Part shown: positions 7,755 to 14,533 of the stretch, one piece after another
Position numbering within the stretch: the stretch's first letter is position 1
How the letters are laid out: each line of letters begins with the position of its first letter
Origin: a candidate division WOR-3 bacterium
Lineage (GTDB): Bacteria > Hydrothermota > Tepidihabitantia > Tepidihabitantales > Tepidihabitantaceae
Direction of reading: 5' to 3'
DNA: 14,533 nt
Assembly: GCA_037441285.1 (NCBI GenBank)
Contig: JBBISL010000030.1
Coordinates: 1-14,533, forward strand
The notes under the pieces: model-generated
What the model was told of the DNA's origin: nothing
What the model saw: only the letters and a program-made list of their open reading frames with translations
The model's database searches: none
Translations under genes and position numbers: made by a program

Positions 7755-8670
7755 TCATATTGTTTTTCCGCCATAAGAAAACCAGTCTTTGGTTCTCAGG
7801 CAGATTTTGACCAAAAGCAGCATCACCGGCACCTCAATCAAAACGCCAACAACGGTAGCGAGTGCCGCACCCGAGGAAAGGCCAAAGAGCATCGTTGCGG
7901 TCGCAATCGCTACCTCAAAGTGGTTGGATGCACCAATCATCGCCGACGGTGCCGCATCCTCATAAGCAAGTTTGAGCAGTTTTGCCAAACCGTAGCCGAG
8001 CCAGAAGATAAAGTTGGTCTGAATAAAGAGCGGCACCGCAATGTAAAGGATGGTTAGCGGGTTGGAGAGAATCACATCGCCCTTAAAAGAGAAGAGCAAA
8101 ATAAAGGTAATGAGCAGAGCGATGATGGTAATCGGGGTCAAAATGTGTAAAAACCGTTCGGTAAACCAGACCGGACCTTTTGCCCGAATCAGCCACTTGC
8201 GTGAGAAGTAGCCGGCAACCAGGGGTAGGGCAACATAGATGGCAATTGAAAGCACCAGCGCCTGCCAAGGCACCGGCAGCCTGCCCACGCCAAGCAGAAA
8301 TCCGCCCAGCGGTCCGTAAAGTAAAAGCATCGTCAATGAGTTGATGGCAACCATCACCAGAGTATGACCATCATTGCCCTTTGCCAGATAGCCCCAGACC
8401 AGAACCATTGCGGTGCAAGGTGCAATCCCCAACAGGATACAGCCGGCAAGGAAACTGCGCCAGAGTGGGCTCGCCAGCATCTTAACACCGTTGTGGAGCA
8501 CCACCTTGCCCAGTTGATAAACAGAGTTAGACCAACCGGTTTGGCATTTCTCCCCGCCTTGAGCACCTCGGCAAAGTCAATCTTCACCATTATCGGGTAC
8601 ATCATAAAGAACAAGTAAACATGATAGTTTCGTAGCTCGGTTGGGCTGTTTCTTTTTCTGCAACTGCCAT
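7755..8670 (-). pseudogene. acr3: Acr3 arsenite efflux transporter, disrupted (three reading frames, two internal deletions)
   Basis: AGGAGG plus ATG 8670 ([11 protein letters not shown]...), then another frame [14 protein letters not shown]...LTLFINWA, then a third frame GKVVLHNG...[12 protein letters not shown]...[17 protein letters not shown]...VLIEVPVML. The expected first TM segment and the IKPFTM segment are missing. Confidence 0.85.
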
Positions 8671-8680
8671 ATTACCTCCT

Positions 8681-9850
8681 TTAAAATAATAAACCAAAAA
8701 CGATTCCGACAACGGTTGATAAGAACACCACCAGAAGGATATAGGTAATCGCCTTCTTAAATCCGATTGTCCTGATGATAACAATCATTGAAGGCAGGGA
8801 CAGCGCCGGTCCGGAAAGTAGTAGCGCCAGCGCCGGACCTTTGCCCATCCCTGAACCTAAAAGCCCCTGCAGGATTGGAATCTCGGTCAGGGTGGCAAAG
8901 TACATTAATGCGCCAAAAACCGAGGCAAAAAGGTTGGCGAAAAACGAGTTGCCACCCACCAGACCCGCAATCACCGAATCAGGAATCACACCACGGTTCA
9001 AACCCGGCCTGCCCAATAGAAACCCGGCAACAAAAACCCCGGCAAGAAGCAAAGGCAGAATCTGCTTGGCAAAACCCCAGGTGGCTAAAATCCAGGCTTT
9101 GCGCTCCTCACCATTAAACCAGCGCCAGACCATTAGCAAAGTCAGAACAAGAAAAACTCCAGCAAGAAACCACTTCGCCGAATAGACCGTATTGAAGAAG
9201 CCAATCGGCTCTTTGGGTTTGCCCCAGTTGGCAAACACGAGGAAGAGAATCATCGCGGCAAAGTAAAGGACATTCTGCCATAACCGACGCCTTGGCGCCT
9301 CCGTGCTGATTGAAAACTCCGCCGCTTCAGACCGCTGTTTTTCTGAACGAAAGAAAATTGCCGCCATCAAGAGCCCGATAACCACCGAGAAGACAACCGC
9401 ACCAATCGCCCGCGCCGCTCCCAATTCTAAGCCAAGGACCCTGCCGGTCATAATTATCGCTAAGATGTTTATCGCTGGACCGGAATAGAGAAAAGTGGTT
9501 GCCACTCCCAGACCCGCACCCGCATAGTAGATGCCCATAAACATCGGCAAAACCGTGCAGGAGCAGACCGCAAGAATCGCGCCCGATATTGAGGCAATGG
9601 AATAAGCAAGAACCTTGTTCCCTTTGGGACCAAAATACTTCAACACCGCCTCTTTGGAGATAAAGTTCTGTATCGCCCCGGCGATGAAGAAGGCAGGAAC
9701 AAGGCATAAAAGCACATGAAGCCGGGCATAGTCCTGAAGCATCAGAAAACCCTCAAGAATTGCATTCTGAACCCGACTGTGCTCAAACGGCAGAAAATAG
9801 AAAAGGAGAAAAACTCCCAGGATGACTAAAAACTTGTATCTTTCTCTCAT
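8681..9850 (-). CDS. ArsP-like / DUF318 permease
   Basis: LCLVPAFFIAGAI, LAVCSCTVLPMF, FLYSGPAINILA, MYFATLTEIPI, LLLSGPALSLPS; multi-TM, intact 389 aa. Confidence 0.9.
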   Translation of the reverse strand: MRERYKFLVILGVFLLFYFLPFEHSRVQNAILEGFLMLQDYARLHVLLCLVPAFFIAGAIQNFISKEAVLKYFGPKGNKVLAYSIASISGAILAVCSCTVLPMFMGIYYAGAGLGVATTFLYSGPAINILAIIMTGRVLGLELGAARAIGAVVFSVVIGLLMAAIFFRSEKQRSEAAEFSISTEAPRRRLWQNVLYFAAMILFLVFANWGKPKEPIGFFNTVYSAKWFLAGVFLVLTLLMVWRWFNGEERKAWILATWGFAKQILPLLLAGVFVAGFLLGRPGLNRGVIPDSVIAGLVGGNSFFANLFASVFGALMYFATLTEIPILQGLLGSGMGKGPALALLLSGPALSLPSMIVIIRTIGFKKAITYILLVVFLSTVVGIVFGLLF

Positions 9851-10547
9851 TTATGCACTCCAGATTAGATAAACACCACCTAAAATTACCAAAGCGCCAC
9901 AAACCTTTTTCACAATCCCCACCGTTTTTGATTTTGCCGCCCAGTTGAGATAGTGTTGAACAACTTCGGTAAGTCCTCCGGCACCGGCAATAACCGCGCA
10001 GTGCCCGACCGCATAAACTAAAGAAACAGCCCGTAAAGCAACCGGCTACTACCCATCGCAAACACAATTGCCAGCATCGGCGCCATATAGGCAAAGGTGC
10101 AGGGTCCGAGCCCGATACCAAATAAAAGACCGAGCACGAAAGCCGCACCGGCTCCCCGTTTTTTACCTGTGGGCTTCCAACTTTCCCTAAGAAAGGTAAT
10201 GATATAACATCAAGAAGGTATAGCCCAACCACAAAGAACACCACCGCCGCAATGTAATTACCATAAGGACCGATATCGCCCAGCATCCGGCCCGAAAGGC
10301 CGGTGATAACGCCAATCAGGGCAATGGTGATGAGCACTCCGAGCGCAAACAAGAAAGAAAGAGAAAAAGCCCTCCGGTTTGTTATCTCGCCCTGACCGCT
10401 GATAAACCCAACGACCAAAGGGATACTTGATAGATGGCAGGGGCTCAACAGAATGCTCAAAACACCCCAGAGAAAAGCACCGAAAATCGCAATCAGTGGA
10501 CTGGCTTGCACCAGTCCGGAAAGCCATTCAAGGATTGAGCGCACCAT
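9851..10547 (-). pseudogene. ccdA: CcdA/DsbD transmembrane thiol-disulfide transporter with two -1 frameshifts
   Basis: N-half SILLSPCHLSSIPL. Adding one base in the run at 10159-10164 restores FGIGLGPCTFAYMAPML; adding one at ~10020-10022 restores LVYAVGHC...GGVYLIWSA-TAA (9851-9853), which abuts the permease ATG. 697 nt + 2 = 233 codons. Confidence 0.88.
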
Positions 10548-10549
10548 AC

Positions 10550-11156
10550 TTACTCTACCCCGATTTCGTTAAGTTTCTTCTTGATATCCTCTTTTGACAG
10601 AAACCCTTCGTGGCGCCAGAAGACCTTACCGTCTTTGTCGAAAAATATCTGGGTTGGAATCAACCGGACATTGTAGCGGCTCGCCAGATGGCGGTATTCG
10701 CTTATCTCAAGAATTAAAAAGTTTATCCGGTCGCCCATCTCATCCTGCAACTCCGCAAAGATTGGCTTCATCATCTTGCAGGGCACGCAGGTACCGGCGC
10801 CCAAATCAAGCACGGTTGGCTTGCCACTTTTCAACGCCGTATCCAGCGGGTCCGCTGGGCGCTTCGCCCGCATCGCCGCGAGCCACTTCTCATTTCTCTC
10901 AATCTTTGCCCGGCTTTTTAACTCCTCAATGAACTGATTTATCACCGAATCCCCCTTCTGTTGAGAAGCATTAGCGTCCTCTATCACTGCCAACTGACTG
11001 TCATCCGCCGGTACAGAACATACAAGCCCAACCGAGTCACCCGCTCCAGATTTCGCCCCGGTCCCTCTCTTGCCTTTACCTTTTACAATCCAAACCGTAC
11101 CCACCACCACGAATGAGTAAAACAATTATCAGAATGTTTACCCAGCCCTTTTTCAT
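10550..11156 (-). pseudogene. Membrane-anchored thioredoxin-domain protein with a frameshift in the anchor
   Basis: GGGAGG plus ATG 11156 (ATGA overlap with the arsR stop): MKKGWVNILIIVLLI, which continues as VVVGTVWIVKGK only after removing 1 nt at ~11112. C-terminal Trx fold LDLGAGTCVPCKMM...LIPTQIFFDKDG...HEGF. Confidence 0.82.
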
Positions 11157-11467
11157 CTATCCTCCCTTTTTACCATATCCTGAACGATTTCAATCAACTG
11201 TAAAACCCTCGGGTCGGCAATCCGATAAATAACCTTTCTTCCTTCCTGCCTTGACTCAAGAATCCCAGCCCGCTCCAGCATCGCCAGATGCCTTGAAATC
11301 ACCGTCCGGTCCCGCTCCAGATGCGGGGCGATTTCACAAACACACATCTCATTACCACTGCACAAACAGCCCTGACCCCGGGCAAGTAGTGCTAAAATCT
11401 CAAGCCGCACCGGGTGTGCCAGCGCCGCAAACACAACATCCGGACTCAAATCTGTTTTTATGTGCAT
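11153..11467 (-). CDS. arsR: ArsR/SmtB family regulator (ArsR-2) with alpha3 CxC metalloid site
   Basis: VFAALAHPVRLEILALL...CLC...EMCVCEI...ISRHLAMLERAGILESRQEGRKVIY. ATG 11467 is preferred because the GTG at 11485 lies upstream of the -10 box. Confidence 0.92.
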   Translation of the reverse strand: MHIKTDLSPDVVFAALAHPVRLEILALLARGQGCLCSGNEMCVCEIAPHLERDRTVISRHLAMLERAGILESRQEGRKVIYRIADPRVLQLIEIVQDMVKREDR

Positions 11468-11504
11468 ATGTGCACAATAATACACATATTTTACCGTTTG
11501 TCAA
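11458..11504 (-). promoter_or_regulatory. Promoter/operator of the ars-like operon
   Basis: TTGACA (11504-11499), 16 nt, TATTAT (11482-11477). Inverted repeat TGTGCA-N4-TGCACA (11461-11476) spans the predicted TSS and start codon. Confidence 0.7.
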
Positions 11505-11509
11505 ATAGT

Positions 11510-11537
11510 TTGACATAAGAAATTTATCCGTTATTGT
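11510..11537 (+). promoter_or_regulatory. Putative divergent promoter for the lipoprotein gene
   Basis: TTGACA (11510-11515), 16 nt, TATTGT (11532-11537); AAGGAG ribosome-binding site before ATG 11573. Confidence 0.5.
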
Positions 11538-11572
11538 TTTGCAGGCTGTAAAACTAAATCAAGGAGTTATTA

Positions 11573-12697
11573 ATGCATACCAAAAAGTTCTTGGCTCTGG
11601 CAGCGCTTGCCATAATTTTGGCAACTGCCGGCTGCAACCTGTTTGGCCGTGCTGGTGCGCCCAACAAACCAGCCAAGCCGAACGGACCTGATATGAGGGG
11701 AATTGGCATCATCGGTGTGTACAGTACCAAAACCACCGACCCGGATGCTGACAGTGTCTCCTATCAATTCAAGTACGGCTCCGCCGCCAGCGACACCTCG
11801 GCTTGGAGTGTATTTGTTCCCAGTGGGGACTCGGTGTTAATCTCTATCTTCTGGAACACCGCGGGAACATATTCGGTAGTTGCCCGGGCAAAAGACACCA
11901 AAGGCAATGTGTCCGACTGGTCAGCAGCGCTCGTTGTTACGGTGCGCGCCAACCAGGACCCTGTAACCCCGGCAATACCAACCGGACCGATAAGTGGCAT
12001 AAAAGGACGAACCTACTACTTCTCGGCTACAACTACCGACCCGGATGGTGATGCGGTCCAGTTTCGGTTTTCCTGGGGCAATGGCGACACCTCAGATTGG
12101 GGTGTGCCGGTTCCCAGTGGCGCACTGGACTCCGCTTCTTACTCCTGGGCACAGGGTGGGGTTTACTATGTCTCGGTCCAGGCACAGGATAAACTGGGTG
12201 GAGTGTCAAACTGGTCTGAGCCGCTGGGCTTTGTCGTAACCGACACCGCCTATCCTTACACCATCGCCTTGACCTGGGGTGAATACCCCCGCGACCTTGA
12301 CTCCCACATCTGGACCCCGGAAATTGAAGGCGACTCCTGGCATATCTACTTCGGTCGCCTAGGCTATGGCCATATCGCTCCCTACTGCTCGCTTGATGTT
12401 GACGATGTAACCAGTTATGGACCAGAACACATCACCATCACCCGGGCTTTTACCGGTGAATACATCTATGCGGTCCATCAGTGGTCATCAGACAGCACAA
12501 TCACCGGCTCCGGTGCCGTGGTCCGGATTTACCAGTACGGCAACCTCATCCGCACCTACAATGTCCCCACCGAACCGGCGAACAACCGGATGTGGTGGCA
12601 TGTGTTCAAACTGAATGCGGTCAACGGCACAATCACCGACCTCAACACCATTGAAACCGACCCACCGCTACCCTGGACAATGGACGAAAGAAAGTAA
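11573..12697 (+). CDS. Lipoprotein with two PKD/Ig-like repeats and a C-terminal YfaP/DUF2135-like domain
   Basis: Lipobox TAGC; two ~100-aa repeats (P.GP...TTDPD.D.V...DTS.W...VPSG...W...G.Y.V...A.D..G.VS.WS); LTWG..PRDLDSH...LDVDDVTSYGPEHITI. Confidence 0.82.
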   Translation: MHTKKFLALAALAIILATAGCNLFGRAGAPNKPAKPNGPDMRGIGIIGVYSTKTTDPDADSVSYQFKYGSAASDTSAWSVFVPSGDSVLISIFWNTAGTYSVVARAKDTKGNVSDWSAALVVTVRANQDPVTPAIPTGPISGIKGRTYYFSATTTDPDGDAVQFRFSWGNGDTSDWGVPVPSGALDSASYSWAQGGVYYVSVQAQDKLGGVSNWSEPLGFVVTDTAYPYTIALTWGEYPRDLDSHIWTPEIEGDSWHIYFGRLGYGHIAPYCSLDVDDVTSYGPEHITITRAFTGEYIYAVHQWSSDSTITGSGAVVRIYQYGNLIRTYNVPTEPANNRMWWHVFKLNAVNGTITDLNTIETDPPLPWTMDERK

Positions 12698-12716
12698 CTT
12701 TTTAGCCTAAACAAGG

Positions 12717-12749
12717 AGCGGGGCGAACCTTCGCCCCGCTTTGCTTTTT
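12717..12749 (+). terminator. Rho-independent terminator between convergent genes
   Basis: AGCGGGGCGAA-CC-TTCGCCCCGCT (12717-12740) followed by TTGCTTTTT. Confidence 0.85.
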
Positions 12750-12761
12750 ACCGGTCGCTTG

Positions 12762-13073
12762 CTATTCTGGACGACGGCTTGGTGTCACCCGCTCCATTTT
12801 CCCGGACTGCTCCTCCAGATATAGCCGGATTTCCTGCTTAACAATTTCCCGCTCCGGTTCGGTCTCACAAATCCGAATCGCGTCAAAGTAAATCTCCTTT
12901 TCTGGATGGGCAGAGGCGATTGAAGGCAAAAGCCAGCTGTACAGTTCCACAATGTCGGTACAAAAACCCCGCACCTCAAGGTCTTGACCCCTTTCCCACA
13001 CCTCGAGAAGGCCTTTGATTGTTCCCCAGGTTTCAAGATAGCCGGGCTCATTTTTCAGTTTACCCTTTAACAT
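12762..13073 (-). CDS. Hypothetical protein (103 aa)
   Basis: ATG with AGGAAG upstream; fills the gap and ends just before the terminator. No family recognised. Confidence 0.6.
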   Translation of the reverse strand: MLKGKLKNEPGYLETWGTIKGLLEVWERGQDLEVRGFCTDIVELYSWLLPSIASAHPEKEIYFDAIRICETEPEREIVKQEIRLYLEEQSGKMERVTPSRRPE

Positions 13074-13160
13074 CGGCTAACTTCCTGTTTATTCCTCTGG
13101 TCTCAGCCCGGAAATACCCTGAACTCACAAAGGGTAAATTGTCCGATACCGCGTAATTAA

Positions 13161-14533
13161 CTACCGATTGACAACTAACTTGTGCGCCTGTGCCCTTTTG
13201 CCCTGTTCTAATTTTACCCAGTAAATACCGTTCGGGATTGACGACAAATTCAGGGTTTGTCCGGTAGTTTTTGGGAAGTTAACCTGTTTTTTCATACGGA
13301 GCGCACCGGTTATGTCGTATAGCGAAATTGTCAATAAACCGCCTCTTGTATCCGGACCGAAGACCGTGACCTCGTCAGCACAGCAGGGATTGGGAAAGAG
13401 ACCGAAATCAAATCGCGGTGTTGAAGAGACACTGGTTATCCCCTGTAAGGGCGCCGCCGAGTTTAATGTCGGCGTGTAATAACACCAAAGTTCCCGGGTT
13501 TTGTTACCTTTCAGGGCGAAAATCATTGTTGGTGAATACACGGTGATGTCGCCGCCACCCTTCACCCTTTTCTTCCTGCCGGTTGAACCAACCTCGGGCA
13601 TCGGTGCCAGTTCGGTCCAGGTATCGCCGATAATGTCATAGGAGTAGAATTCACAGGTATTACCGCCCTTTAAGGCATATATCGCACCATCCCGATATGC
13701 CGCACTACTACCCTCCTTTGCCTTTTTGTTTTTTCCGGTCCGGCTCAAGAAGGGCATCCCCTGCAGCCGTGTCGTATCCCAGGTAAGGGTGTAAAGGTCA
13801 AAGCGCCAGAACTCGTGATATTTTGCTTTGTGCGCATAGATGTACTGATTGCCATCGTACACCAGCCACGAACCTTTGTCCCATTTCGGATGAACCGCCT
13901 GGGGCGCTTCGGGCAAAATCTCCCAGGAGTCGGTGGTCAAATTGAAACGATAGAACTCATTTTTATAGCCCTTCAACAGATAAACAAAAGGTGTTCCTGC
14001 CTGTTCAACATACACAACATCACTGCCACCCTTGACCTTTTTGTTGGATGGTCCAAGCGGCACATCCGGAAGTTGACGCCAGGAGTCCCCGTCAAAGTAA
14101 TAGCACCAGAACCCTCGGGTGTTGTTCCCTTTTACCGCAAAAATATGGCTATAGCCGTCCGCGATACCGACCGCACCCTTTGCCGGACCTTTGCCTTCTA
14201 TTCCCCCGGGCCAAAAGTTCAGTTCGTGCCAGGTATCAGCCTGCGGGTCATAACAGTAGAAATCACCGGTCTTGTACCCTTTGGCGGCGAAAAGTAAACC
14301 GCTCCCCTGGTCAAAGGTCAACCAGCCTCCATCCTTTACCGACTTACCCGAAGGCTGTAACGGCATCGGTGTCTTTTCATACCAGCCGGCTTGGTTTGCA
14401 CCACCACCCTCATAAACGGCAAATATACCAAGACGCCAGTCGTTATCTGGATAGGTGTCACCGATTGCCACAGTCGAGCAGCACACAGCCCAGCGTCCCG
14501 TATCCATACCCACATTGTACGGAACAAATTCAA
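13161..14533 (-). CDS. Kelch-like repeat beta-propeller protein with T9SS-type C-terminal sorting domain (5' end outside window)
   Basis: Frame stays open to the window edge (EFVPYNVGMDTG...). Repeats of type KKVKGG...YxLKGxxTxEFxxY...DxW; CTD LFPNP...ISLYDITGAL...LSSIPNGIYWVKL...KLVVNR. Confidence 0.88.
   Translation of the reverse strand, partial: EFVPYNVGMDTGRWAVCCSTVAIGDTYPDNDWRLGIFAVYEGGGANQAGWYEKTPMPLQPSGKSVKDGGWLTFDQGSGLLFAAKGYKTGDFYCYDPQADTWHELNFWPGGIEGKGPAKGAVGIADGYSHIFAVKGNNTRGFWCYYFDGDSWRQLPDVPLGPSNKKVKGGSDVVYVEQAGTPFVYLLKGYKNEFYRFNLTTDSWEILPEAPQAVHPKWDKGSWLVYDGNQYIYAHKAKYHEFWRFDLYTLTWDTTRLQGMPFLSRTGKNKKAKEGSSAAYRDGAIYALKGGNTCEFYSYDIIGDTWTELAPMPEVGSTGRKKRVKGGGDITVYSPTMIFALKGNKTRELWCYYTPTLNSAAPLQGITSVSSTPRFDFGLFPNPCCADEVTVFGPDTRGGLLTISLYDITGALRMKKQVNFPKTTGQTLNLSSIPNGIYWVKLEQGKRAQAHKLVVNR

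Noticed and set aside
8602..8604. TGA after the acr3 start as a selenocysteine or readthrough codon
   Set aside because: It is out of frame relative to the conserved FMMYP sequence; readthrough would not restore Acr3.
9783..10160. Cys-rich C-terminus of the 254-aa ORF as a novel domain
   Set aside because: It is out-of-frame translation after the frameshift; the real CcdA sequence continues in the other frames.
10159..10164. Programmed frameshift or phase variation in ccdA at the A6 run
   Set aside because: A second independent frameshift lies downstream and the run is short; mutation or sequencing error is more parsimonious.
13098..13135. TPP-riboswitch-like words (GCTGAGA, TACCCT)
   Set aside because: The elements are in the wrong order or strand, and the CCTGAT...AGCGTAGGGA core is absent.
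1..14533. CRISPR arrays, tRNA/rRNA genes, transposases/integrases
   Set aside because: None seen; the recurring short DNA words (e.g. CCGCCATCGGT) are codons of Asp-box protein repeats.

Overview
Bacterial genomic window. The C-terminal sorting domains and Lys-Gly-rich Kelch repeats suggest an FCB-affiliated lineage such as WOR-3 (inference only). Minus strand, right to left: the 3' part of a Kelch-repeat protein with a T9SS-type CTD and a 103-aa hypothetical protein. Next is an ArsR-led metalloid/thiol-redox operon: arsR, membrane-anchored thioredoxin [frameshifted], ccdA [2 frameshifts], ArsP-like permease, acr3 [two internal deletions], USP, arsC, small thioredoxin and a CPCC-motif membrane protein. 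It is followed by a GH74-like Asp-box protein with a CTD, a second arsR overlapping an unannotated 40-aa Cys-rich peptide, a DUF134 / NifB-NifX / Mrp-NBP35 operon and tspO. Two lipoprotein genes lie on the plus strand. Most notable: all three putative regulators appear to be (near-)leaderless, each with a palindrome in its own promoter. The DUF134 palindrome resembles the box at the ars-operon promoter. Lesions cluster in three genes of the ars operon.
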